Part shown: piece after piece, positions 50,611 through 58,937 of the stretch
Layout: each line of letters starts with the position of its first letter
How positions within the stretch are numbered: the first letter of the stretch is position 1
From: Candidatus Omnitrophota bacterium
GTDB taxonomy: Bacteria; Omnitrophota; Gorgyraeia; Gygaellales; Profunditerraquicolaceae
DNA length: 64,000 nt
Direction: 5' to 3'
Assembly (NCBI GenBank): GCA_026387355.1
Contig: JAPLLW010000006.1
Coordinates: 23,362-87,361 of the forward strand
The notes under the pieces: generated by a model
Database searches by the model: none
What the model was told of the DNA's origin: nothing
The model's input: only the letters and a program-made list of their open reading frames with translations
Made by a program: the position numbers and the translations under genes

Positions 50611-50685
50611 CGGGGCGTGGCTCAGCTTGGCTAGAGCGCTTGCTTTGGGAGCAAGAGGTCGACAGTTCAAATCTGTCCGCCCCGA
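50611..50685 (+). tRNA. tRNA-Pro(TGG), CCA not encoded
   Basis: CGGGGCG/CGCCCCG acceptor stem, CTTGC-TTTGGGA-GCAAG anticodon arm. Confidence 0.95.
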
Positions 50686-50772
50686 CATAAATAATGGGGG
50701 ACAGTTTTCTCCTACGCCCTTTAATAGATTTCTAATAGCTTTGGCGGGCTTATATTAAAGAGCGAAGGTGGA

Positions 50773-50791
50773 CAAATCTGTCCGCCCCGAC
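50773..50791 (+). repeat. 19-bp direct repeat of the tRNA-Pro 3' end (att-like)
   Basis: CAAATCTGTCCGCCCCGAC at 50668-50686 and 50773-50791. Confidence 0.85.
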
Positions 50792-50814
50792 TATTATTTA
50801 AAAACGGAGGTGCT

Positions 50815-51255
50815 ATGAAGAAAGTAACCAGTTTATTGTTTTTTGTTTTTCTTCTCGCGGGTTCTTCTTTTGCAGGTGAGCTTATTTCTAAGGAAGCAGT
50901 TAAGTATTATAATGAGGCAGTAAAGCTACAGAAAGCTCATAATTTTGACGCAGCAGACATTCTGTATGGAAAGACATTATTGGTTGATCCCTATAATACT
51001 AAATGGCAGGTGCTAGTTTTGAATAACCGCGGAGTAATGTTGGCGCAACAAGGATTTAAGAAAGAAGCTGAGCCTTTCTTTGAGAAGGCTATAGAAATAG
51101 ATGAAAACTATGCTCCGGCTAAGCTTAATCTTGCTTTAATATATGATGAACGCAGAAGCGAACTTGATTCTATAAAATATTGGCTGAAAGCTTTAAATAT
51201 AGATTTGAATAAGCTTAAGCCTAGAGGTTTTGTTATAGGGAACCTTCAGGAATAA
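50815..51255 (+). CDS. Secreted TPR protein
   Basis: Signal peptide, YYNEA, NNRGV..A, FEKAIEID; SD ggagg. Confidence 0.75.
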   Translation: MKKVTSLLFFVFLLAGSSFAGELISKEAVKYYNEAVKLQKAHNFDAADILYGKTLLVDPYNTKWQVLVLNNRGVMLAQQGFKKEAEPFFEKAIEIDENYAPAKLNLALIYDERRSELDSIKYWLKALNIDLNKLKPRGFVIGNLQE

Positions 51256-51341
51256 TTTTTCTGCGCCTGCCCCTCGACCAGCTCGGGGTAGGCGCATCGA
51301 GTTAAATCGAGAAGCGCCTGTAGCTTTAATTAAGTTTTCAT

Positions 51342-51418
51342 GCGCCTGTAGCTCAAATGGATAGAGCAACTGCCTTCTAAGCAGTAGGTTGGCCGTTCGA
51401 TTCGGCCCAGGCGCACCA
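51342..51418 (+). tRNA. tRNA-Arg(TCT), CCA encoded
   Basis: GCGCCTG/CAGGCGC acceptor stem, ACTGC-CTTCTAA-GCAGT anticodon arm. Confidence 0.95.
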
Positions 51419-51427
51419 CTAGATATT

Positions 51428-52627
51428 ATGAAGAGAATAGAGAAGATCTTGGGGCTAAGCATAATAAGTTTTGCCATTATTTTCGGGGCATTCTATATAT
51501 TTCTAGTTATAGCCGGAAAGCAAATTATTGCTAAGCAGATTGAGAATTTGATTCACAAGAAGACAACTGTAGAATTCTTCGGTTTTAATCCTGGTTTTCA
51601 CTTAGAGATAAAAAAGTTGAATATCGAAGGAATCTTTAAAGCAGATTCGATTTATATCACGCCGAATCTTTTCGGGTTCTTCACCGGAAAATTAAGTTTT
51701 AATAATCTTAAATTAATCCGGCCTGAGCTAACTTATATTAGGACGCCTCCTGTAGTTGTTGAGGGGATTAAGCCTAATGGAGAGATTATTGCGTCTTTAC
51801 CTGCAAAACCTATTCAGCCTGAAGTTAGCCCAAGTAGCACTAAACCGTTGCCGTTTGCGTTCAGGCGTATTAAGATAAAGGATGGTCAGATTAATTTTAT
51901 TGACCAGAGTATGAGCAATAAAAGCATAAAGATTATTATAAAAGAAATAAACTGTAGCGTATCTAACCTTTATTTGTATCCTCAAAGAACAATGACAAGC
52001 TTTGATTTAACTGGAAAAATCCCCTGGGGGGATAGTGAGGTTCAGGGGCAGATCGAATTTAATGGTTGGATTAATCACTTTAAGAAAGATATGCAGGCAA
52101 GCTTGAAGATCAAGGACATTGATGCGGTTTATTTGTATCCTTATTATTCAACCTGGGTTGATCTGGATAAGGCGCGTATTGAAAAGGCAAAATTGAATTT
52201 TTCATCTGATATTAAAGGTTTAAACAATAATATTACCGCAGCTTGTCATATGGAGCTAACAAATATGGTGCGTAAACCGCTTGAAGCCGGAGAGTCGGAA
52301 GAAAAGGCCTCGGTTATTACAAACAAGGTTTTAGATATGTTTAAGACAGCAGATCAGGGCAGAGTAGAACTAAACTTTATTATTCCAACTAAAATGGATA
52401 GTCCTCAATTCGGATTTGAAAACTTTAAGACTGCTTTTGAAGGTAAAATTATGCAAAGTAGGCAGGCTTCAGCTTTTAAGCCGGCAGATGTTTTGACTTT
52501 TCCGGTTAAACTTATAGAAAGCGGGGCAAAGACTTTTAGCGACTTAGGTAAGGCTTTAGTTGATGGTATTTTTGCAATAGGGAATGATTTAGGTAATTCT
52601 ATTAGAGAAAAAGCGGTAGTAAAGTAG
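51428..52627 (+). CDS. AsmA/DUF748-like beta-rich membrane-anchored protein
   Basis: N-terminal TM, L..PEL, I.DGQINF.D; ATG 51428 (the ORF-track start lies inside the tRNA). Confidence 0.6.
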   Translation: MKRIEKILGLSIISFAIIFGAFYIFLVIAGKQIIAKQIENLIHKKTTVEFFGFNPGFHLEIKKLNIEGIFKADSIYITPNLFGFFTGKLSFNNLKLIRPELTYIRTPPVVVEGIKPNGEIIASLPAKPIQPEVSPSSTKPLPFAFRRIKIKDGQINFIDQSMSNKSIKIIIKEINCSVSNLYLYPQRTMTSFDLTGKIPWGDSEVQGQIEFNGWINHFKKDMQASLKIKDIDAVYLYPYYSTWVDLDKARIEKAKLNFSSDIKGLNNNITAACHMELTNMVRKPLEAGESEEKASVITNKVLDMFKTADQGRVELNFIIPTKMDSPQFGFENFKTAFEGKIMQSRQASAFKPADVLTFPVKLIESGAKTFSDLGKALVDGIFAIGNDLGNSIREKAVVK

Positions 52628-52644
52628 TTTATTTAACTAAGTTT

Positions 52645-52680
52645 GGTGGCTATAACTCAATTGGTTAGAGCGATAGATTG
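52645..52680 (+). pseudogene. Orphan 5' half of tRNA-His, ending in the anticodon loop
   Basis: 27/28 nt identical to 53197-53224, then ATAGA-TTG instead of TCTGA-CTG; no 3' half follows. Confidence 0.8.
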
Positions 52681-52697
52681 CAGACTGTTTCATTGTA

Positions 52698-52725
52698 TTG
52701 ACAAGCTTAAGTTCTTTGATATAAT
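52698..52725 (+). promoter_or_regulatory. Sigma70 promoter of the HNH gene and probably tRNA-His (TTGACA-16-TATAAT, extended TGn)
   Basis: Direct reading; ATG 6 nt after the -10 box. Confidence 0.75.
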
Positions 52726-52731
52726 TATATT

Positions 52732-53190
52732 ATGCCAATCAAGAATTGTAAGATTTGCGGTAAAGAATTTTACGCAAAGCCATTTCATTTAAAACAAGGC
52801 TGGAGTAAGTGTTGTTCTATAAAATGCCGCACTAAGTCTCAATTTAACGGTAAATGGGTAAAATGTGTTAGTTGTGGAAAAGAAATTTATAGAACACCGC
52901 GAGATTATAGAAAGTCTAAAAGTAAAAGATTCTTTTGTTCAGTAAGTTGTCACTGTTCTTGGGAAAACAAAAATGTTCGTTGTGGGGCTAATGCGCCAAA
53001 TTGGATTGCCGGAGAGAGCGCTTATCGCGATTTGATGCGTAGGCTCAAGATTCCATATGAGTGTGCAAGATGTGGGAGTACTGATAAAAGAGTTATAATT
53101 GTTCACCATAAAGATAGTAATAGGAAGAATAATAACGTCAATAATTTAGAACGCCTTTGTTGTAATTGTCACGCAATTCTACATAGTTGA
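52732..53190 (+). CDS. HNH endonuclease with two N-terminal CxxC...CSxxC zinc-finger repeats
   Basis: CKIC..CSIKC, CVSC..CSVSC, CARC, VHHKDSNRKNN...NL..LC.NCH..H. Confidence 0.85.
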   Translation: MPIKNCKICGKEFYAKPFHLKQGWSKCCSIKCRTKSQFNGKWVKCVSCGKEIYRTPRDYRKSKSKRFFCSVSCHCSWENKNVRCGANAPNWIAGESAYRDLMRRLKIPYECARCGSTDKRVIIVHHKDSNRKNNNVNNLERLCCNCHAILHS

Positions 53191-53196
53191 TTTAAT

Positions 53197-53275
53197 GGTG
53201 GCTATAGCTCAATTGGTTAGAGCGTCTGACTGTGGCTCAGAAGGTTTGCGGGTTCGATCCCCGTTAGCCACCCCA
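53197..53275 (+). tRNA. tRNA-His(GTG) with encoded G-1 and CCA
   Basis: G-GTGGCTA/TAGCCAC-C, TCTGA-CTGTGGC-TCAGA anticodon arm, GCGGG-TTCGATC-CCCGT T arm. Confidence 0.95.
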
Positions 53276-53409
53276 TACTTAAATTTTATTGTTCTGCGAA
53301 AATTTTATATTCAGGTTCAATTTGTTTACAATTTTGAAAATTTGTAGTAGCATATATTAATAAGGCTAAAACAGCCTTAAGTTTTTTAGATTCTGAATAA
53401 GGAGGAAAA

Positions 53410-53964
53410 ATGAAAATTTCTATGAGCAAAACTCGCGAACAGTTTCCCTTAAGCGAAAAAAAGATCATTAAGAAAACTATTAAGGTGAATCTAGTTTTAG
53501 ACATAATAGTGCTGGTGATTTGGATTATCGCTGCAGTTACCATTGGCTTTAGCGGCGGGGCTTCTGTGGGAGTTTTAGGCGTTACTACCGTTGCAGCCCT
53601 AGTTTTCCTCACTCTATTTTTCTTAGTAACTTATCTTTATCAGAAATGGTACTGGTCAGTTTATTTTTATGAACTGACAGATGATTTTATAATCATCAAG
53701 AAGCATCCGATTACCCCGACAGAAATTACGATTCCCTATGAGCGAGTCCAGGATGTTTATGTGGATCAGGACCTATTAGATAGATTTTTCGGACTTTATG
53801 ATGTCCATCTTTCAAGCGCTACGGTTTCTTCGGGCATAGAAGCTCACATAGACGGAGTAGAAAAACAGGCAGCCGATGGCCTGAGGAAGGCGTTACTTGA
53901 AACAGTGCAGAGAAGAATTAGCAAAAATAGGAATCAAAACTTAAATACTAATTCCGTAAATTGA
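53410..53964 (+). CDS. Membrane protein with bacterial PH (bPH_2/YdbS-like) domain
   Basis: Two TMs then IPYERVQDV.V.Q...DR.FGL. Confidence 0.8.
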   Translation: MKISMSKTREQFPLSEKKIIKKTIKVNLVLDIIVLVIWIIAAVTIGFSGGASVGVLGVTTVAALVFLTLFFLVTYLYQKWYWSVYFYELTDDFIIIKKHPITPTEITIPYERVQDVYVDQDLLDRFFGLYDVHLSSATVSSGIEAHIDGVEKQAADGLRKALLETVQRRISKNRNQNLNTNSVN

Positions 53965-54005
53965 CGATACAGGGATAAGGCTTAAGCCGGAAGGAGAGTA
54001 AGGAC

Positions 54006-54521
54006 GTGGAAAATAATATGGTTATCACGGAGAGAGATTACCCGATCACAAAGCTATGGATGTTCAAAGCGCCTATCATCATAGTCTTGATGAATATAGT
54101 GGCTTTATTTTTCGGGTATTATTTTCCTTACCTTGTTTTAGCTCTTCCGGTGATGCTGATTGCTAATCCTTTGATCAGGAACAGGTTTCATTATTCACTG
54201 GAGGAAAAGTTTCTTATCGTCAGACAGGGCGTCATATCGAAAAAACAAAGGAATCTGCCTTACGGCGTCATACAAAATGTTTTCTTAAAACAAGATTTAT
54301 TCGATAGGATCTTTGGGCTTGCTACATTAAGAATTGAAAACGCTTCGCAAGCAGGGGGAGCGCGGGATATTCGTATGCGCCAAGCGCAGGAAGGTGTAGG
54401 GGCTTCTGGAAACAAAATAAATATACCTGGCCTCAAGAAACAAAGCGCGGAAGAGCTAAAGAATCTTATTCTTAAGAAAATAAAAGAAAATCCGATAGAA
54501 GATAGCCAATCTGGTTTGTAA
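54006..54521 (+). CDS. Second bPH_2-domain membrane protein
   Basis: Two TMs then LPYGVIQNV...Q.LFDRIFGLATL.IENA, IPGL. Confidence 0.8.
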   Translation: MENNMVITERDYPITKLWMFKAPIIIVLMNIVALFFGYYFPYLVLALPVMLIANPLIRNRFHYSLEEKFLIVRQGVISKKQRNLPYGVIQNVFLKQDLFDRIFGLATLRIENASQAGGARDIRMRQAQEGVGASGNKINIPGLKKQSAEELKNLILKKIKENPIEDSQSGL

Positions 54522-54683
54522 CCTTTTTCCTAAGTGCCCGATACAAAATTATTCACTTTTCATTTTTACCACCCCAGAATTCAGCGAGGAATCACCTCTC
54601 TGAAACCAAAATATTCTAGATATATTAAGGTATTAAGTCTATAGTTACTTTTGTTAATACAGAGAGGTTTCTTCTTGGCTAAA

Positions 54684-55538
54684 ATGCGTGAAGGTTTGAT
54701 TGAAACAAAAGGCGGCAAAATCTGGTATTCCGTGTACGGCGAGAATGAAAAAGGCGTGCCGTTACTTGTGTTGCACGGTGGTCCGGGGTTGTTAAGTATG
54801 CCGGAAGTGGTAGAAGAACTTTCTGACCAAAGGCCGGTCTATTTTTATGACCAGCTTGGTTGCGGAAAAAGCGATAGGGCTGGAGATAAGTCGTATTATT
54901 CGGTTGCGAACTATGTGGAAGAATTGGCTGAAATAAGAGAGCGGTTAGGGCTTCGGGAAGTTTACATCATGGGTTTTTCCTGGGGCACTATGCTTGCGTG
55001 TTCATTTATGCTTGAGAAAAGACCCGAAGGGATAAAGGGCCTTATTTTATGCGGTTCTTACCTTAGCTCTCCACGCTGGCATGCTGATCAGAGGGAGAAT
55101 CTTGCGCAAATGCCTTGCGACATAAAAAATACCATTGAGGAATCAGAGCGTAACGGTGATTACGGCGAGAAATATCAAGCGGCCATTATGCACTATTATA
55201 GAAGACACTTGTGTCGCCTGGATCCCTGGCCGGAGTTTCTGCAAGAGGCATTTTCTAAACTTAATATGGATGTATATCTTACGATGTGGGGGCCTAGCGA
55301 AATAACCATAACCGGAACACTTAAAGATTGCGATCTATTGCCCCGGCTTAAAAAGATCAAAGAACCGGTTTTGCTCATTTGTGGTGAACATGACGAGGCA
55401 GGTATTAAAACGGTTGAAGATTATTGCGCAGCATTCTCCGAAGCTGATATGGTTATTTTACCAGGCGCCTCACATATGCACCACCTTGAAAAACCGGAAT
55501 TATTTTTGCGCACAGTAAGAAAATTCCTAAAGCATTAA
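54684..55538 (+). CDS. Proline iminopeptidase-family alpha/beta hydrolase
   Basis: LHGGPG, YDQLGCG.S, GFSWG, M.GPSE, GEHD; ATG 54684 preferred. Confidence 0.88.
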   Translation: MREGLIETKGGKIWYSVYGENEKGVPLLVLHGGPGLLSMPEVVEELSDQRPVYFYDQLGCGKSDRAGDKSYYSVANYVEELAEIRERLGLREVYIMGFSWGTMLACSFMLEKRPEGIKGLILCGSYLSSPRWHADQRENLAQMPCDIKNTIEESERNGDYGEKYQAAIMHYYRRHLCRLDPWPEFLQEAFSKLNMDVYLTMWGPSEITITGTLKDCDLLPRLKKIKEPVLLICGEHDEAGIKTVEDYCAAFSEADMVILPGASHMHHLEKPELFLRTVRKFLKH

Positions 55539-55555
55539 CTTATTAGACGAATTAT

Positions 55556-56173
55556 ATGGCAGGCGACTTGATAGAAGATAAATTTAAAAAATGGACGGGG
55601 GTAAAGGACCTGCTTGCTGCAAGGATAGCTGTTTTTGAGAATATCCGCGGTATTCCTTATGCAATCATCCCTGAATTAAGGGATCCTCTTACAGGCCCTG
55701 CCGGAATATTGAAACTGAACAAAGGTTCATGTGTACCCAAACATTTTCTTTTAGGATTATTATTTAACAAAATGGGGATAGCGGTTAAATATGTTAGCTA
55801 CCTTTATGACTGGGACGATAAGGAGATACAATATCCGCAGGTTTTAAGAGAATTAACAAAAGAGATGCCGATAACAGCCCACCTTGCCTGCAAGGCTTAT
55901 ATAAATAAGAAATGGGTTTTAGTAGACGCTACATGGGATCTTCCTTTAAGAAATTACGGTTTTCCTGTAAACGAGGAATGGGACGGTTTTAGTGATTGCA
56001 AGAATGCGGTTAAGCCCATTAAAGAAATAATCCACAGGACTTTAGAGGAGCGGGTGCAATATTCGGATGAGCATAGAAAATCTTATACAGAGAAAGAGAT
56101 GAAAACGTATGATATTTTCACCGCGCAACTTAATGAGTGGTTTGCAATGATAAGAAGCGGGATAGGCGCATGA
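55556..56173 (+). CDS. Transglutaminase-like (Cys-His-Asp) protein
   Basis: GSCVPKH, TAHLA, WVLVDATWD. Confidence 0.7.
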   Translation: MAGDLIEDKFKKWTGVKDLLAARIAVFENIRGIPYAIIPELRDPLTGPAGILKLNKGSCVPKHFLLGLLFNKMGIAVKYVSYLYDWDDKEIQYPQVLRELTKEMPITAHLACKAYINKKWVLVDATWDLPLRNYGFPVNEEWDGFSDCKNAVKPIKEIIHRTLEERVQYSDEHRKSYTEKEMKTYDIFTAQLNEWFAMIRSGIGA

Positions 56174-57018
56174 AAGACGGTTTTCAAATCCGCAGGATGA
56201 CTCAAAAAGAGGTTGCTGAGATAGCCGTTGAATGGGCGGCGAAAGAAGGATGGAATCCTGGCCTCTATGACGCGGAGTGCTTTTATTCTGCGGACCCGCA
56301 AGGGTTTCTGGTGGCTGAGTTAAAGGGTAAACCGGTTGCTACCATCTCGGCAGTAGCTTATGATGATGTGTTTGGTTTTATGGGATTTTATATTGTTGCG
56401 CCGGAATTCCGCGGCAAAGGTTACGGAATGAAAATCTGGCAGGCGGCCTTGAATTATATGGGCAGCCGTAACATAGGAGGAGACGGCGTACTTGAACGGA
56501 TCAAGGATTATGAGACTCAAGGGTTCAGGGCTTACTATAAAAACCGGCGCTATCAAGGTGTGGGCTCAGGAGAACTGAATTCCGAGGATTTAATTGATAT
56601 CCACAAGGCCGATTTTAAGCAGCTTGCTTCTTATGATGATGGGGTGTTCCCGGCGAAACGGCATGAATTTCTCAAGTGCTGGATCAGCCGTCCGCAAACC
56701 AAAGGTTATGTGTCGTTAGAAGGAGGAACCTTGAGAGGTTACGGGGTAATCAGGCCGTGTTATAAAGGATATAAGATCGGCCCGTTATTTGCTGATGATA
56801 TCATTGTAGCCGGAAAAGTATTCAACGCCTTGATAGGTACGGTGTCTTCAGGCCAGGAGCTCTTTTTCGATGTCCCGGAAGCTAACCACCAAGCGCTTAA
56901 ACTTGCAGAAAATTATTCGATGAAAGTGGTTTTTGAAACAGCGCGGGTCTATTCCAAATCTTTGCCCTCGGTTGCGATAGGAAAAGTTTACGGGGTGACA
57001 AGTTTTGAGTTAGGATGA
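56170..57018 (+). CDS. Tandem-GNAT acetyltransferase (YitH-like)
   Basis: EGWNPG..D, V.PEFRGKGYG, KIGPLFAD, TSFELG; ATGA overlap with the upstream stop. Confidence 0.85.
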   Translation: MKDGFQIRRMTQKEVAEIAVEWAAKEGWNPGLYDAECFYSADPQGFLVAELKGKPVATISAVAYDDVFGFMGFYIVAPEFRGKGYGMKIWQAALNYMGSRNIGGDGVLERIKDYETQGFRAYYKNRRYQGVGSGELNSEDLIDIHKADFKQLASYDDGVFPAKRHEFLKCWISRPQTKGYVSLEGGTLRGYGVIRPCYKGYKIGPLFADDIIVAGKVFNALIGTVSSGQELFFDVPEANHQALKLAENYSMKVVFETARVYSKSLPSVAIGKVYGVTSFELG

Positions 57019-57096
57019 AATAGTTAATGTTGCGCTATTTGGAAAGAATCGGCCCATATTTTTGTTTTAGTATTCGCTCTCAAGAGCAGGATGTAG

Positions 57097-57696
57097 GTGA
57101 TAATGTCTTATGAAGTACCAATGAGCAGGATCGATGAGATGGCTGATGTGTCTGCAGAGGCATTCATTGCTAATAATGATCCTATTGGGAACTTTATGTT
57201 TCAGAACGAGCCGAATAATCTCATTCTGAAGAGGCGGTTCTTCCGTTCCCTTGTAACGTCTTGCTCACCAAAGGCTGTAAGGCATGGGATTTCTCCTGCC
57301 CTGGAGGCGGTGAGCATCTGGTTTCCACCGGGAATGGATCACGCAGGAGATGTGGATGTGGATCCATTCAGTGCGCAAGATTTCGTGAACGAGGAAACCA
57401 TGAAAAAGATGCAGGCAATCAACGAGACCATTGCCGTATTGACCGCGCACCTTGGCCAGGAGCCGCAGTGGTACCTGCACTTGGTGGCTGTGCGCGCACA
57501 GTTTAGGGGCCAAGGGTACTCTTCGCAACTGATTAGGCCCATGTTGGCTAGAGCCGGGAGCGAAGGTCTTCCTTGTACTTTGATAACGCAGAGCATGGAG
57601 AATGTTCGAAAGTACGAGCATTGGGGTTTTAAGTTGGTGAAGGAGATGCAAGTTCCTTGTTCTCAGGAAAAGTTCTACTCTATGCGCAAGGACTAA
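57097..57696 (+). CDS. GNAT-family N-acetyltransferase
   Basis: WYL.LVAV...FRGQGY, NV.KYE.WGF. Confidence 0.82.
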   Translation: MIMSYEVPMSRIDEMADVSAEAFIANNDPIGNFMFQNEPNNLILKRRFFRSLVTSCSPKAVRHGISPALEAVSIWFPPGMDHAGDVDVDPFSAQDFVNEETMKKMQAINETIAVLTAHLGQEPQWYLHLVAVRAQFRGQGYSSQLIRPMLARAGSEGLPCTLITQSMENVRKYEHWGFKLVKEMQVPCSQEKFYSMRKD

Positions 57697-57819
57697 TCGC
57701 AGTGTTCACTGTTCAAGCATTTAATAGAGAGAAGAGTTTCCATGGCGATAAAAAATTAAAAATATTTATATAAGACAATAAGATAGTCGAGGTAAAACAC
57801 AAAATTTGCAGGAGGAAAG

Positions 57820-58827
57820 ATGGGAATAAGCAGAAAATTGTTAAAATGCGCGGTGATGGTTTTTTTGGCTATTTCTTTAGCTTATGCCGAAGATAGTAAA
57901 GCTATCTACGATGAGTTAAACAATCAATTTGGTTCTCAGTCTCAGGCTTTTACGGAAGGACCTAATATAAAGTGTCCCCCTACCGTTCGTATTGCTTTTA
58001 AGGCCGTTGATGCGGAATCGGGAAGCCCTATTCCCGTATTTAGAGTAACCAAGGGAGATTATAGTTTTTGTTCCGATAGTGGAGAGTTAGAAAACGGGAT
58101 ATATTATGCATATGAATCTAAGGATGCTTTATACAAATTGTTTGTGAAAGCTGAAAACTATGAGCTAGGGTTCTTTGAATTTGATTTTAGAAAACTTGAT
58201 GATAAAGCTAAAACTAATCTAATTAAGGGTACTATCGAGCCGTTTACAATTAAGTTATCCCCTGCTAAAGGATTAGTGCGAGGGCGCGTGCTCGAAGCTG
58301 TCACTATGAAACCGCTAAGGAATGTCTCTGTTTCGCCATTAGGCGGCGGCGTGCGTAATGATGTGAGTGATATATCAGAAGCAGGAGGGATGATAGTGGT
58401 TACTGCTAGTGACGGTTCTTTTCAGATTGAAAATTTACGGCTTAAGCCCGTAAACCAGTCTACGCGTTTGTGTTTTACTCTTGAAGGTTATGTGAACAAA
58501 GAGGTAAACATCAAGCGGTCGGCTTGGAAGGAAAATGTAGGAGATATTCTTTTATTAAGATTTGCTAATCTCAGTGGCGTGCTTTTAGATAAGAATAAGC
58601 AGCCTGTCGTTGGAGGGGTGGTATATTTATTGACTCCAAAAGAATTCAAAACTAGGGATACAAGTAAATTAACGGAAAGGGTGAATGCTGGCAAGCAGGG
58701 TGATTTTATATTCGAGAAGATTATTCCAGGGGACTATATTATCTTGTATGGGAGCTCAGAATCAGATATTCAGCGATTAAGCTTTGGTTCGGCAGAAAAT
58801 AAGGTTCTTAGATTAATGCAGCATTAA
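57820..58827 (+). CDS. Secreted protein with carboxypeptidase-regulatory-like (Cna-B type) domains
   Basis: Signal peptide, VDAESG.PI, GRVLEA.T.KPL, T.SDGSF, G.F.F..I.PG.Y. Confidence 0.65.
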   Translation: MGISRKLLKCAVMVFLAISLAYAEDSKAIYDELNNQFGSQSQAFTEGPNIKCPPTVRIAFKAVDAESGSPIPVFRVTKGDYSFCSDSGELENGIYYAYESKDALYKLFVKAENYELGFFEFDFRKLDDKAKTNLIKGTIEPFTIKLSPAKGLVRGRVLEAVTMKPLRNVSVSPLGGGVRNDVSDISEAGGMIVVTASDGSFQIENLRLKPVNQSTRLCFTLEGYVNKEVNIKRSAWKENVGDILLLRFANLSGVLLDKNKQPVVGGVVYLLTPKEFKTRDTSKLTERVNAGKQGDFIFEKIIPGDYIILYGSSESDIQRLSFGSAENKVLRLMQH

Positions 58828-58937
58828 ATGAGTTTAGAGCTTTTGGCGCTCAGAAATAAATTATTTCACAAATTAAGAGTTTTTTCTTTAGTTGGTAGGA
58901 GAGGGAATTTAATTTAAGTTAAAAAAACGGAGGCGGT

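Noticed and set aside
52645-53275. Intron-split tRNA-His with an intron-encoded HNH
   Set aside because: The downstream tRNA is already complete, the upstream ATAGA strand cannot pair with TCAGA, and there is no room for a group I or II ribozyme core.
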